From a virus: a stretch of 64,000 nucleotides of DNA. Below are positions 35,994 to 45,815 of the stretch, piece by piece. Position 1 is the stretch's first letter. Every line of letters starts with the position of its first letter. The notes under the pieces were generated by a model. The model searched no databases. It saw nothing but the letters and a program-made list of their open reading frames with translations, and had not been told where the DNA came from. The stretch is from positions 1-64,000 of the IMG/VR virus record IMGVR_UViG_3300002243_000002, one strand, 5' to 3'. The translations under genes were made by a program, and so were the position numbers.

Positions 35994-37830
35994 CTATTTC
36001 CGGCTCCTCGAGCATCTTTGCCAGAACTTGGGAAGCTTTCTCGAGGGCCTTCGGATCGTTGCCCAGGAGAACTTTGGCCAGCTCTGGATTCTTGGTCTGC
36101 AACACGGCGATGACGATCTTCGTTGTGAGCTCGCTCCACACGCCGGGCAGATCCGGAAGCTCGGCATCGAAGGCCTTCTTCGACAGCCGGCGAGCATCAT
36201 CGGGTGTGATCCATCCAGCACCCATCGCCTTCGATAGCATCTCGACGAGGGCTTCGGGATCGGTTGGAGGTCGATCGTTCGATCGATACTGCCAACACTC
36301 AATTCCTAGATCCGGCAGGAGCTGTGTGTTGACCATGGCGTCGATCACGAGGCGTCGCCGCGGTCCGCAGACGTCCTCGTCGAAGAATCTGCGAAGAGCA
36401 AGCAGCGTCTGCTTCGTGATGCCAGTCGCCCTCCCCGTCATGCAAAGTGGTGTACGAGTCGTTCCGTGGGTGACCTCTTCAACCCGCTGCTCATACTTCA
36501 TGAAGAGGGCATCGGTCTGCTGAAGGGGCTTCGTGTGCTCGATCTTCAAGACGGGGAGCATGGTTGGCCCCGTCGGGTTGGTAGAAGCAGAGACAGCATT
36601 CAAGAAGAGAATCCTCTTTCGCCCACGCTTCCGCTCACGGATCTTGTCCTCAATGCGTTTCTGGTCCTCTCCGTTCACGCGCCCGCCGGAGCACAGCACG
36701 ATCATCGACGGGATGGATTCATCCGCGACGACGCGCATGTTCTCTTCAGAGAGATCTCGGCCACCAACGAGGTGTGGATATGCAGGAGAATGTTCAGGCT
36801 TGCCGTAGTAGGTTGACCCTCCATAAGGGATCTTGAAGTGCAGAAGCTCCGTCGCCGCTGCCGGGATGAACTGAGCACCGTTGCTTCGACGAATCGCCTC
36901 TCCGATTTCCTCGGGAGAGCTCACGAGCTCTTGCAGGCCGCCCTCGTAGTACTTCCCCGTGGCCCGTGACATCACTCGAGGATCTCCATATTCCTTGAAG
37001 AAGGCGTTCACGATGCCACCGGAGATCTGTACGTAGCGTGAGAACCTCTTCTGCTGGGGAACCGTCGCCCAGCGAATCTGAGAGAACTGCACGCGCTGCC
37101 AGTAGGGCACGAGGGGTGCGTCGGGCACAAGCGTCAGATCCGGTCGGATAGAAGCGTCACTCAGCGCAACCCGGATGTATCGAGAAGGTACCCAGGAGAG
37201 CCTCGCTGGGCGACCCTTCACATCCCGAAGGACTTCCAGATAGCCATTTCCGGTGACCTCGAGATCTTGCCCGAGGATGGCGCGGAGCTGTTCCCAGGAA
37301 AGCCCCGGGCAGACCTGCTTGAAATAGGCTTCCAGAAACTGACGCTCTCGAGCACAGCGAATCTGAAGCCGGCGACGCTCCACCTTCAGATCTCTCTTGT
37401 CGACCTTGACGGGTTCCTCAAAATCCCCACCGCTGCGTTCGAACTCCAGGGCCTCCCGAATTCTTCGATCGATCTCTGCATCGGCAAGAGTGAGATCGAG
37501 AATCGGAGACAGGCTCCAGCCCGTCTGGTAGATACCCACGTTGAGCGCGGCGATGATGGGTGCGAGGAAGGCAGAGAGATCGACGATCTCCCACATCTTG
37601 TCGGGGTTCTCTGGAGGCGCCAGTGTCTGCACCCCCGAGATGACCGCGTAGACATCCCCCTGCCGCAGGAGCTCGAGGTCTCTCGCCGCTGGCGTGGTGA
37701 AAGTGATTGTCGAGACTTCCGGCTGGGCGACGCCCCCCGCAGCTGCAGGAGAGAGATCTCCCCTCGTCGGATCGGATTTCACGACCGGCGCGAAGGGGAT
37801 CATCTGAAACTGTGGCTCCTCCTTTATCAT
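35851..37830 (-). CDS. portal protein
   Basis: 659 aa and first large gene of the head module. The central segment ...LEVTGNGYLEVLRDVKGRPARLSWVPSRYIRV... resembles Phage_portal-family cores. Acidic G/D/E-rich C-terminal tail. Confidence 0.7.
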   Translation of the reverse strand: MIKEEPQFQMIPFAPVVKSDPTRGDLSPAAAGGVAQPEVSTITFTTPAARDLELLRQGDVYAVISGVQTLAPPENPDKMWEIVDLSAFLAPIIAALNVGIYQTGWSLSPILDLTLADAEIDRRIREALEFERSGGDFEEPVKVDKRDLKVERRRLQIRCARERQFLEAYFKQVCPGLSWEQLRAILGQDLEVTGNGYLEVLRDVKGRPARLSWVPSRYIRVALSDASIRPDLTLVPDAPLVPYWQRVQFSQIRWATVPQQKRFSRYVQISGGIVNAFFKEYGDPRVMSRATGKYYEGGLQELVSSPEEIGEAIRRSNGAQFIPAAATELLHFKIPYGGSTYYGKPEHSPAYPHLVGGRDLSEENMRVVADESIPSMIVLCSGGRVNGEDQKRIEDKIRERKRGRKRILFLNAVSASTNPTGPTMLPVLKIEHTKPLQQTDALFMKYEQRVEEVTHGTTRTPLCMTGRATGITKQTLLALRRFFDEDVCGPRRRLVIDAMVNTQLLPDLGIECWQYRSNDRPPTDPEALVEMLSKAMGAGWITPDDARRLSKKAFDAELPDLPGVWSELTTKIVIAVLQTKNPELAKVLLGNDPKALEKASQVLAKMLEEPEIDASSTSVEEGQDGKDPGQVGAGDADGDGDEGSESGDGKQAGEADGGT

Positions 37831-37848
37831 CTATTTAAATGTGCTCAG

Positions 37849-38256
37849 CTAGAACTCCAGGAGCGCGGCGCGCAATGTGACGCCAGCCGTTGCTACGCCG
37901 ACGGCAGCTCCTGTAACACGCAGCAGGCACAGTGTCGAGCGTAGGAAGTTGACTCGAGCCACCTCCTGCCTGGGTAATGCCACCTCCGTGTGAACAAGCA
38001 GCCAGATCGGAGCTGCGAGTCCTCCGTCGAGCACGTAGACGCTGACGTCGAGAGTATCTCCCGGAGTAGGAGTGGCAGCGTCCCAGTAAACGACTCCCTC
38101 CTCTGCGTGCCGAGAGGAGAAAGCGTAGGTGATCCGCGGGTAGCCAGCATCGTCCAGAGCAAGCAACGCCTCCGCCGCGACGATGCCCCCAGCGAGGCCT
38201 GCGAAGGTGCGAACGATCTGGAACTTCGGTAGCTCGGACAACTCGATGATTGCCAT
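37849..38256 (-). CDS. hypothetical protein, first gene of the minus-strand virion operon in this window
   Basis: 135-aa ORF ending 19 nt before the portal ATG. No motif recognised and too small for a large terminase. Confidence 0.45.
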   Translation of the reverse strand: MAIIELSELPKFQIVRTFAGLAGGIVAAEALLALDDAGYPRITYAFSSRHAEEGVVYWDAATPTPGDTLDVSVYVLDGGLAAPIWLLVHTEVALPRQEVARVNFLRSTLCLLRVTGAAVGVATAGVTLRAALLEF

Positions 38257-38307
38257 GCAGGACCTCCATCGGGTAGACTACCTCATAAGAATAGGATCCC
38301 ACAAGAA

Positions 38308-38568
38308 TTGTTACCGCCATCCGAAGCCAGAAAGCAAGCCGCCCGTTTCCTGCTGGAACAGTTGCACAGCCTGAAAATATCCCATGATCATGTCAGAAAA
38401 GCTGCAAACTTGGATGTTTTTTCCATTTCGCGCATCATGAGAAATACCGTGGTGCCTCAAACCGTGACCTTGCGAAAGCTCGCTTGCTACCTGGAACAAG
38501 AACAGCGCAAGCACAAAGACACCCAGCTGCTGCGAAGAAAGCTTGCGCTTGGGAAGCTCGCCGGGTAG
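38308..38568 (+). CDS. small XRE/Cro-type helix-turn-helix protein (start uncertain, TTG)
   Basis: The segment KISHDHVRKAANLDVFSISRIMRNTVVPQTVTLRKLACYL fits an HTH_XRE pattern. The overlapping minus-strand ORF 38311-38598 looks less protein-like. Confidence 0.45.
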   Translation: MLPPSEARKQAARFLLEQLHSLKISHDHVRKAANLDVFSISRIMRNTVVPQTVTLRKLACYLEQEQRKHKDTQLLRRKLALGKLAG

Positions 38569-38604
38569 CATCGGGGTGACAGAAACCTTCTTGATCAAGA
38601 GGCA

Positions 38605-38955
38605 GTGCCAATGCTCACGAAACTCACTCTCCTGGCTTCCGGATTCTTCTCCGGCAACAGCAACATCACCGACGAGTCCAAGAGTACTGGAGGCCTTCGG
38701 GGGATCTTCAACGCAGCTGCCACGCAGGTCAATGAGCTCATCGACACGCTCACGGACGGCCTCAAGGCGGTCGAGTGCGGTTCTCTGTACGTCGGCATCG
38801 CCGCCACTGCGTATCCGGGCTACCTCGCCTCGAACGCTTGGTTCGTAGTCGACGGGGTGAACCCGCCGACGATCGGTGCGCTCTCCTTCATCGACACCGT
38901 CCTCGGCACCCGGCGGACGATGACAGTCGCCAACGGCGTTGTGACCATCGTCTAA
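38605..38955 (+). CDS. hypothetical protein
   Basis: 116-aa ORF upstream of the glycosyltransferase cassette. Mildly hydrophobic N-terminus (MLTKLTLLASGFFSG). Confidence 0.45.
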   Translation: MPMLTKLTLLASGFFSGNSNITDESKSTGGLRGIFNAAATQVNELIDTLTDGLKAVECGSLYVGIAATAYPGYLASNAWFVVDGVNPPTIGALSFIDTVLGTRRTMTVANGVVTIV

Positions 38956-39040
38956 GACCCCCCATCTTTAGAAACTCCTCCCTTCCAATTCCACCCAAAT
39001 AGGCTGTATAACAAGAGCATCTCTCCACGAAGGGATATTC

Positions 39041-41974
39041 ATGCCTCGCATACTCTACGTCCCGAACGCAGGACAATGGAGCCTCTGGCAGCTGGCGCAC
39101 CAAGTAGCTGCAAATACTAGCAAACTTGAATCTAGGATTCGTGCCGCCTCGCAAATCGCTGCGGGAGAGGAGTGTGACGTCCTAGTCTGCATGTGGTGGC
39201 CCTACCTTCCTCTTTGCGACAAGGCATCTCCCAAGCAGAAGCTGTTGTTCGTGGCAGATCACTACTCCTGGCGAAACGGCTCCGAGTCCAAGTTCAGAGG
39301 AATCTTACAGCAGGCTAACGCGCTTGGGGTCATATCGAAGCGACTCTACTGGGACCTCGAGCGCCATGGACTGATTCTGCCTGGGCACACTTTCGTGCTT
39401 CCCGATGGTGTAGATACCCAACTGTTTGCACCGCAGGAGCTTCCTGCCAACTTCACCATCGGATGGATCGGTCGTGCAACCTCGCCAGCCATCACGAAGC
39501 AGAAAGGCCTTGATATTCTACAGAAGGCCACCTCGATCCTCGGCATCCAACTTCTCACACTCGATGCAGCCAAGGCTCCCATAGCTCACGATCAGGTACC
39601 TGCTTGGCTCTCCGGCATCAGCGCGGTTACTTGGGCCTCCGAGGCTGAAGGGACTCCATGTCCGCTTCTAGAAGCTGCTGCATGCGCTCGGGTTCCTGTA
39701 GGCACCCTCGTTGGTGTCGCCGATGAGATCATCGAGCATGGAAAGAGTGGCCTCCTCGTCGAACGCAACGTGGAAGCATTCAAGGCAGCCTTTCAGTATC
39801 TCCGCCGGCTAGCTCCAGTAGATCTCAAGGCGCTCGGGCAGGCTGCCAGGTTGGCAGTGCTGCCATTCGACTGGAAGCTGCAAGCCCGCAAATGGGAAGA
39901 GGCGCTGCTCGAACTGTCGAACACGGAGAGCCCCCGTTCGATCCCGCCGCCCGTCAGATTGCTACCCCGTAAGAAGGCCACGCAAGCGTCAGTATCAAGC
40001 ATCATCACGCCGATGGAATTTCCAATCGAGGAAGTAGACATCTTAGCGCCTATCGAACGTTGGGATTGGTGCTTTGAGCACATTGCAAGAGTTCTCGAAC
40101 GCACTTATGGTAGTAGAAGAAAATTCGACATTCGTCTGGCCAGCGGAGCAAGACACATAAAATGCCGAGTGCTCCTCGCCTTTTGGTGGGGCACGGTGAA
40201 TGTCAGGAGTATCCAAGCACAACGCACTATTTGCTGCGTCTATGATCATTTCAGCTGGAAGACCCAACGGGTCGCTTTCCAGGAGGCGCTAGATAGATCT
40301 CAAGTTCTTTGCGTGGCCAATAAGCTCTTGCTCGAAGAAATACGTGGTTTCGGATTCAAGCTTCCGCATGAACAATACATCGTTCCGGATGGAGTAGATC
40401 TAGCTCTATTCCCAGTACAGCCATTCCCCGCGAAATTCACAGTCGGTTGGGCTGGCAATTCACAGGGTGCAGAAAGCACCACCGGCGTCTCCGATCTGAA
40501 AGGGATACGATTCATCGAGGAGACCTGTCGTTCGCTCGGCATCGAGCTGCTGCGCCAGGACGCAAAGCTGGACGAAGCCATTCCCCACAAGGAGATGGCA
40601 GAGCGATTCTACAAAAATATCTCGCTCTATATCTGCATGAGCGCCGCAGAGGGAGGACCGAATACAATCAAGGAAGCCGCCGCTTGTGGACGGCCGAGCA
40701 TCAGTACTCCAATAGGAGACGCGCAAGAATTCATTTTACAGGACGCTTCCGGCTGGCTCGTAGAACGAGATACTTCTGCACTCACGGTGGCTCTATGCAA
40801 AGCTCGTGATATGCCCACAGAAGAACTGCGTGGCATGGGTAACCAAGCTAGGCAGCAGGCAGAACTCTGGAGCTGGAACAGTAAAGTCACTGCTTGGTAC
40901 AATCCTCTATTTGGCAATCCAGAACGGAAGCGTGATGCTTCTACAGCGGTCAAACCCAAGAAAAAGTTGGAACCAGAACATAGCCCCATTGCCTCCTTTA
41001 CAAACAGGGCATACCCACCAAAGAGGGAACTGCTAGAGAATCAAAAGCCGGAATCATTACTGCTATCCGACGTACACGGGTGGGCCTTCGAAGTCGGGAT
41101 GACAGATCTGGATTGCTGTTTGCGCGACAAGATGGTCTTCTCTCATTACTGCGTTGTGTTCTGGCCCAAAGTTCCATTTCCAGATCAATCTAGATATCAC
41201 ATCATCTTCGTTCCGTACACCCGCTGGGCCATTGCAGATCTGCTTTATTATGATCGCTGTGTCGGAGCTCTGCGCTCAAGTTGCTGGTTCGCTGATGATC
41301 CAAACAAGCCTCCCGGATCAGAGCAGTTCTCCGTAGTCAATCGCTTCAGAGCCTTCCAAGTCGTCACGCGGAAATCTTACGAGCAGCTCGTGGAGCACTG
41401 TCCACACGTCTACTGGCTTCCAAACCCAGTCAACATGAAACGCTTCCCAGCACCCACAGCGTGCTCCGAGCTCATCGCTGTCTGGAATGGCAATGCGGGT
41501 AGGCGAAATAGGAGTGGGCAGCTGGTGAAAGGTTTCCAGACGCACATCGTTCCCGCCTGCCAGCAAGCAGATGTGCCTCTTTGCTTCGCCGAATTCTCCA
41601 CAAACAGAAGAACGCCAGCTCAGATGCCAGCATTCTATCAACAGGGCTCCGTCTTCGTGCATGCCTCTCTCTTCGAAGGTTGCTCGAAGGCCTTGCTCGA
41701 GGCGTGCGCTTCCGGCTTGGCAGTCATCTCGACCGACGTGGGCCAGATAGGCGAGATGCACAAGAACCAGCTCGAGCACTTTGGAGATACAGGCATCGTA
41801 CTCGTACCCAGAGACCCGGGCGCCATCGCACTCGAGCTGGTCAAACTTCGCAAAGCTGGTCCAGCTCGTGTACGGGAGATGGGCCTGCTGAATCGCCGTG
41901 AAGTAGAAGAGCGCTGGAGCTGGGATCTGTGGGCTCCCGAGTACGAGAAGTTCTTACGAGAGGCACTCAGATGA
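39041..41974 (+). CDS. tri-modular glycosyltransferase (three tandem GT-B / GT4-type modules in one polypeptide)
   Basis: 977 aa with AAGGGA 5 nt upstream. Three C-terminal-lobe signatures with E-x7-E: WASEAEGTPCPLLEAAACARVPVGT, MSAAEGGPNTIKEAAACGRPSIST, ASLFEGCSKALLEACASGLAVIST. Each is preceded by a (F/L)T(I/V)GW.G-type strand. Confidence 0.75.
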   Translation: MPRILYVPNAGQWSLWQLAHQVAANTSKLESRIRAASQIAAGEECDVLVCMWWPYLPLCDKASPKQKLLFVADHYSWRNGSESKFRGILQQANALGVISKRLYWDLERHGLILPGHTFVLPDGVDTQLFAPQELPANFTIGWIGRATSPAITKQKGLDILQKATSILGIQLLTLDAAKAPIAHDQVPAWLSGISAVTWASEAEGTPCPLLEAAACARVPVGTLVGVADEIIEHGKSGLLVERNVEAFKAAFQYLRRLAPVDLKALGQAARLAVLPFDWKLQARKWEEALLELSNTESPRSIPPPVRLLPRKKATQASVSSIITPMEFPIEEVDILAPIERWDWCFEHIARVLERTYGSRRKFDIRLASGARHIKCRVLLAFWWGTVNVRSIQAQRTICCVYDHFSWKTQRVAFQEALDRSQVLCVANKLLLEEIRGFGFKLPHEQYIVPDGVDLALFPVQPFPAKFTVGWAGNSQGAESTTGVSDLKGIRFIEETCRSLGIELLRQDAKLDEAIPHKEMAERFYKNISLYICMSAAEGGPNTIKEAAACGRPSISTPIGDAQEFILQDASGWLVERDTSALTVALCKARDMPTEELRGMGNQARQQAELWSWNSKVTAWYNPLFGNPERKRDASTAVKPKKKLEPEHSPIASFTNRAYPPKRELLENQKPESLLLSDVHGWAFEVGMTDLDCCLRDKMVFSHYCVVFWPKVPFPDQSRYHIIFVPYTRWAIADLLYYDRCVGALRSSCWFADDPNKPPGSEQFSVVNRFRAFQVVTRKSYEQLVEHCPHVYWLPNPVNMKRFPAPTACSELIAVWNGNAGRRNRSGQLVKGFQTHIVPACQQADVPLCFAEFSTNRRTPAQMPAFYQQGSVFVHASLFEGCSKALLEACASGLAVISTDVGQIGEMHKNQLEHFGDTGIVLVPRDPGAIALELVKLRKAGPARVREMGLLNRREVEERWSWDLWAPEYEKFLREALR

Positions 41975-42981
41975 GAATCCTCTTTGCCTACCGTGGTACA
42001 AAGCAGTTGAGGCTGGAAGAGCTGCCACGCATTGCAACTTCCCACATGAGCGCTGTCAACGATGTACAGCTCTGCCACGTCTGGAGATCCCACGGGCATG
42101 AGATAGATATCTGGATCAAAGGGGCGCCGCTAAATCCTGACAGTTACGATCTTCTCTATCTCTTCAAGCTGCACAGCATGAAATTCGTGCAGGCCGGGCA
42201 TCTCTCATTACCCTGGAAGCGCATCGCAGCCTGGTATGACTGCGGCAAGGTGGCTGATGCGTTGAAAGCAGATGCTTCCCGACTGGAAAGCATCGCCTGG
42301 GGAACCGGGGGGCTCATGTTACAAGAGGTGGAAGCGTTCCCTCATACGCGGCATCTTGTTGTTGAGCATGCACCCACTTTTCCAACACCTCCAAAGTTTC
42401 CTGAGACCAAACCCTGTGGTCTCTACATCGGGCGAATTCCAACAACTTACAGAATACAACTCGAAGCCGCCATGCAGCTTTGCGCCTTCAACATCCTCGC
42501 GCTCAAGATCGAACTGGGTGGCCGCATGGTACTGTTGCGCCCGGGGCAATTCGAGGCGGGGGATCTGGAGCTCGTGCGGGCCTGGTGCCCGGAAGGCTCG
42601 AAGTTGCAGACAGCTGTAAACCTCATCGCGCACCCGGAATTGGCAGTCGGATGCTTCGGCCTAGTTCCCAGCACGAGGCTCCATGGCCCACAAGTCTTGA
42701 GCGCTTGTAAGGTGTGGGATTATTGGGCCCTTGGGCTTCCAGTTGTCATCTCCAACTATGTACCTGAAGCACATTGGGTGCAACTGCATCCTTTCTTGGG
42801 GTACATTACCAGTGATGCAGCGTCGCTGAAATCGGCTATCGAAGCGGCAATTGCACGCAGCCGACAATCCAACTTTGACAAAGATAGACAGCAGATCCAA
42901 TCCTGGACTTTCTCCAGACATACCTGGCAGCACCGAGCAGAGGAGATAGAAAATGCACAGTTCACTCAACGGGCAACTTAA
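41971..42981 (+). CDS. GT-B-like glycosyltransferase
   Basis: Start set to the ATG at 41971 (MRILFAYRG...), which forms ATGA with the upstream stop. 336 aa. The segment SACKVWDYWALGLPVVISNYVPE and the C-terminal FSRHTWQHRAEEI helix resemble a GT-B C-lobe. The first Glu of EX7E is absent. Confidence 0.55.
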   Translation: MRILFAYRGTKQLRLEELPRIATSHMSAVNDVQLCHVWRSHGHEIDIWIKGAPLNPDSYDLLYLFKLHSMKFVQAGHLSLPWKRIAAWYDCGKVADALKADASRLESIAWGTGGLMLQEVEAFPHTRHLVVEHAPTFPTPPKFPETKPCGLYIGRIPTTYRIQLEAAMQLCAFNILALKIELGGRMVLLRPGQFEAGDLELVRAWCPEGSKLQTAVNLIAHPELAVGCFGLVPSTRLHGPQVLSACKVWDYWALGLPVVISNYVPEAHWVQLHPFLGYITSDAASLKSAIEAAIARSRQSNFDKDRQQIQSWTFSRHTWQHRAEEIENAQFTQRAT

Positions 42982-43612
42982 CAGTGCAATCATCAAGCTG
43001 CTACGGGAATCTGCAGAATCTGATTATGTAAAGGTAATAGCTAAATGGGCTAGCTTCCTCCATGGCAAGAAAACCTGGTTGCAATTTGAGGAGGGGCTGC
43101 AGGCCAACGCGCGCTATGCAATGCAGTTTACTCCGGAAGTTATGAGCGGGCAGCTGAATATCCTTGATGTCGGACCCGGTCCAGGACACTGGCTTCTGCT
43201 CTGCCGGGCGCTCGGAAACAGAGTCTCCGGTGTTGACTTGGAATTGCCGGCGGGCCAGGAGAGCTCGCTACATGCCTACAAGGCGATGACAGATCACTTC
43301 AATCTCGATGTGCTCTACCACGGTTTCCACCACTTCATGCAAGAGAGGATGCTCTGGGACAATAAAGCCTTCGACTTGATTAACTTCCGTGGAAGTCTGG
43401 ATGGTGTCATTGCAGCTTTGCACGGAGACGCGCTGAGCATCTTGACTTTGCTAGCCAAGATGCACGATATTTTAAAGTATGGTGGTGCGGTCACAATCAG
43501 TCACAACATCGGCAAGGAGGAGGCACAATTCCGGGCTGCGATTACCCACGGAGTTCCAAACTTTGAGATCGTCGTGAATACAAAGCACTTCACGAGACTG
43601 CACCGAAGCTGA
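42953..43612 (+). CDS. class I SAM-dependent methyltransferase
   Basis: 219 aa. Motif I LNILDVGPGPGHWLLLCRALGNRVSGVDL. Paralogous to 44488-45126. Confidence 0.7.
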   Translation: MHSSLNGQLNSAIIKLLRESAESDYVKVIAKWASFLHGKKTWLQFEEGLQANARYAMQFTPEVMSGQLNILDVGPGPGHWLLLCRALGNRVSGVDLELPAGQESSLHAYKAMTDHFNLDVLYHGFHHFMQERMLWDNKAFDLINFRGSLDGVIAALHGDALSILTLLAKMHDILKYGGAVTISHNIGKEEAQFRAAITHGVPNFEIVVNTKHFTRLHRS

Positions 43613-44484
43613 TGAAACGACTATTACTTACCTACGATGCCCCCGGATGGGCATTCCACGGTGAGTGTCTAGACATGCAGTGGCATCTTGAACGCTGCTA
43701 CCCGGGACGTGTCGAAACCGTAATCCGTCGAGGCTGCCAGGTGGGAGCATTCACCCAGTACGATGCCGTCTACTCCTCAGCCTGGTATGATGATCGGCTC
43801 TCTCAACACCCGCGGGCAGCCTCTCAGCTCTCCAGCACCTCCTACTGGCTCCCATGCGAGAAGGCTATAAATCGCAAGCATCTGCTAAAAAGGTGGCGCT
43901 GGCTCGCCACGAAAAACACTGCTATCCAGCAAGCACTCATGCCGGAAGACCATCCAGCTCCCCAGTTGCTCTATCATCAGATCAATCCCGAGAGGTGGCC
44001 TTTCCAGCTTCCACCTCCAGTAAGAGGCTCCTTCAGGATCGGCTTCGCGGGGCATCGGCAAGCGAACAAGGGGCCCGAGCTCATCGAGGCGGCGGCCAAG
44101 CTGCCAGGTGTGGAGCTCGTAACGGTCGAGTGGGACAAAGGACGCCTCCCACAGGAAGAGATGCCGAATTGGTATCACAAACTTCACGCCTACATTTGCG
44201 CTTCCAAGACTGAGGGAGGCCCCCGTACAGGTCTGGAAGCCATGCTCTGCGGAGTGCCAATCATCTCAACCAGAGTTGGCCAGCTACACGAGATGGCCCC
44301 CGACGGAGAGGTCTTGTTCGTCGACCGCACAGTAGAAGCTATGAGGCATGGAATCCAGCAGCTCATCGAAAATTCATCGCATCGCGAATGGATGAGTGAG
44401 CAAGCTCGGTATATCGGAGCCATGTGGGCCATAACTTATGGCTCTAAGTGGGCGGACTTCCTGATAGAAGTAGCAGGCGCCTAG
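43612..44484 (+). CDS. GT4-type glycosyltransferase
   Basis: 290 aa. FRIGFAGHRQANKGPELI... and ICASKTEGGPRTGLEAMLCGVPIISTRVGQL (E-x7-E). The ATG shares 1 nt with the upstream TGA. Confidence 0.7.
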   Translation: MKRLLLTYDAPGWAFHGECLDMQWHLERCYPGRVETVIRRGCQVGAFTQYDAVYSSAWYDDRLSQHPRAASQLSSTSYWLPCEKAINRKHLLKRWRWLATKNTAIQQALMPEDHPAPQLLYHQINPERWPFQLPPPVRGSFRIGFAGHRQANKGPELIEAAAKLPGVELVTVEWDKGRLPQEEMPNWYHKLHAYICASKTEGGPRTGLEAMLCGVPIISTRVGQLHEMAPDGEVLFVDRTVEAMRHGIQQLIENSSHREWMSEQARYIGAMWAITYGSKWADFLIEVAGA

Positions 44485-44487
44485 CAT

Positions 44488-45126
44488 ATGCCCACCAAGA
44501 ATCCAGAATCAAGAAGAGCTTTATTTTGTCAGACCATGCTATCTCTAGCAGATAAGCTTCCCCCACATTATCAAGATCCTAAATGGCAACTGAAAGAGCA
44601 CGCTGGATTCCTACATATAAAGCTGCCGCATGTGGAAGCTGGAGGATTAAAAATCTTAGAAATTGGACCTGGTACCGGAGTGGCAATGTTGCTACTGGAG
44701 GAGTACGGCAATGAGGTTTTCGGAGCAGATCTGGGCGGAGATTCCGCAGGCTATATGAAGGGTTGGATGCTCGCTTATTCTCAGATAACTGTAGCAATCG
44801 GGCTTCGTGTAGTCTATCACGGATTTGAGCACTATCTTCTTGGAGATCCACTTCCAAGTTATTGGCCCAAATTCGATTTGATCTTCCTGCGACGAAGCGT
44901 GTCTGGAGTGTTGCACTCCTTTAACCGACTTCTATACGCAAAATGCACACATAAGCTGCTTTCACTATGGAATGAGATGCTAGCTCCCAGTGGCATGGTA
45001 TTCATTAGCCACAACAGTGGAGAGCCACAAAAGTTCTTTCAGCGGGCCGTCGCTGCATCTAAAGGGCCTCTGGTGGTCGAGATCAACACAGAGCTGGAAT
45101 GCCAGCTGCGGAAGATACCCACATGA
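44488..45126 (+). CDS. class I SAM-dependent methyltransferase
   Basis: 212 aa. Motif I LKILEIGPGTGVAMLLLEEYGNEVFGADL. The overall layout parallels 42953-43612. Confidence 0.7.
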   Translation: MPTKNPESRRALFCQTMLSLADKLPPHYQDPKWQLKEHAGFLHIKLPHVEAGGLKILEIGPGTGVAMLLLEEYGNEVFGADLGGDSAGYMKGWMLAYSQITVAIGLRVVYHGFEHYLLGDPLPSYWPKFDLIFLRRSVSGVLHSFNRLLYAKCTHKLLSLWNEMLAPSGMVFISHNSGEPQKFFQRAVAASKGPLVVEINTELECQLRKIPT

Positions 45127-45815
45127 TCTACGATGACAAGCATCTTTTCGTAGCTCTACCAAAGTGTGGTAGCTCCTTCGTGCAGCTCTACCTAGATCGA
45201 GAATACCATTGGAGGTATGCGCCTCATGCCCCTTTCGGTTCCTGGCATCACAGGCCTATCTGTCTTGCTCCAGAGTCTCTGTGGGAAGGTCGTAGCACCT
45301 TCGCTGTCATCCGCAATCCTTGGGCATGGTATCGTTCGCTCTACCATGCAGAGCGCAAAGCCAAGATCGCCCGATGGGAGCAAGGCAAACATTCCGACTT
45401 CGCTTCCTGGCTAGCCCTCGTCCTAGATGGAAAAGACCATCCACACCTCGTCATGCACCATCGACTAGACATCGATCTCTTCTCGCTCATGGCCTTCTGG
45501 GGCTGTGGCATTCTCACCCTGAACTACCTCTTCCAGTGCGCCGAAAATCCGGGTCCGATCATCCGCCGAACAGGATCCCTAGAAACGCTCGAGATTGCCG
45601 TGAACAAATTCCTGAAACTGGAGTGCATTGTCGACGATCTCTCGGAGTACCTCCACATCGATCGAGAGCGCCTCGCAAAAGAACCACGTGCGAACGTCTC
45701 CACGGAAGGTCATTATTTTCAGAACTACACACCAGAGCTGACAGCGCTCGTTGCATCGCGAGACCAGCTCATTGTGAAGCGGTTTGGCTACCACTTCGAA
45801 AGCGAGACTCCATGA
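45123..45815 (+). CDS. sulfotransferase family protein (Sulfotransfer_2 / NodH-like type)
   Basis: Start set to the ATG at 45123 (ATGA with the upstream stop). 5'-PSB-like HLFVALPKCGSSFV, 3'-PB-like FAVIRNPWAWYRSLY, and C-terminal ...RANVS....Y......L......D....FGY. Confidence 0.65.
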   Translation: MIYDDKHLFVALPKCGSSFVQLYLDREYHWRYAPHAPFGSWHHRPICLAPESLWEGRSTFAVIRNPWAWYRSLYHAERKAKIARWEQGKHSDFASWLALVLDGKDHPHLVMHHRLDIDLFSLMAFWGCGILTLNYLFQCAENPGPIIRRTGSLETLEIAVNKFLKLECIVDDLSEYLHIDRERLAKEPRANVSTEGHYFQNYTPELTALVASRDQLIVKRFGYHFESETP

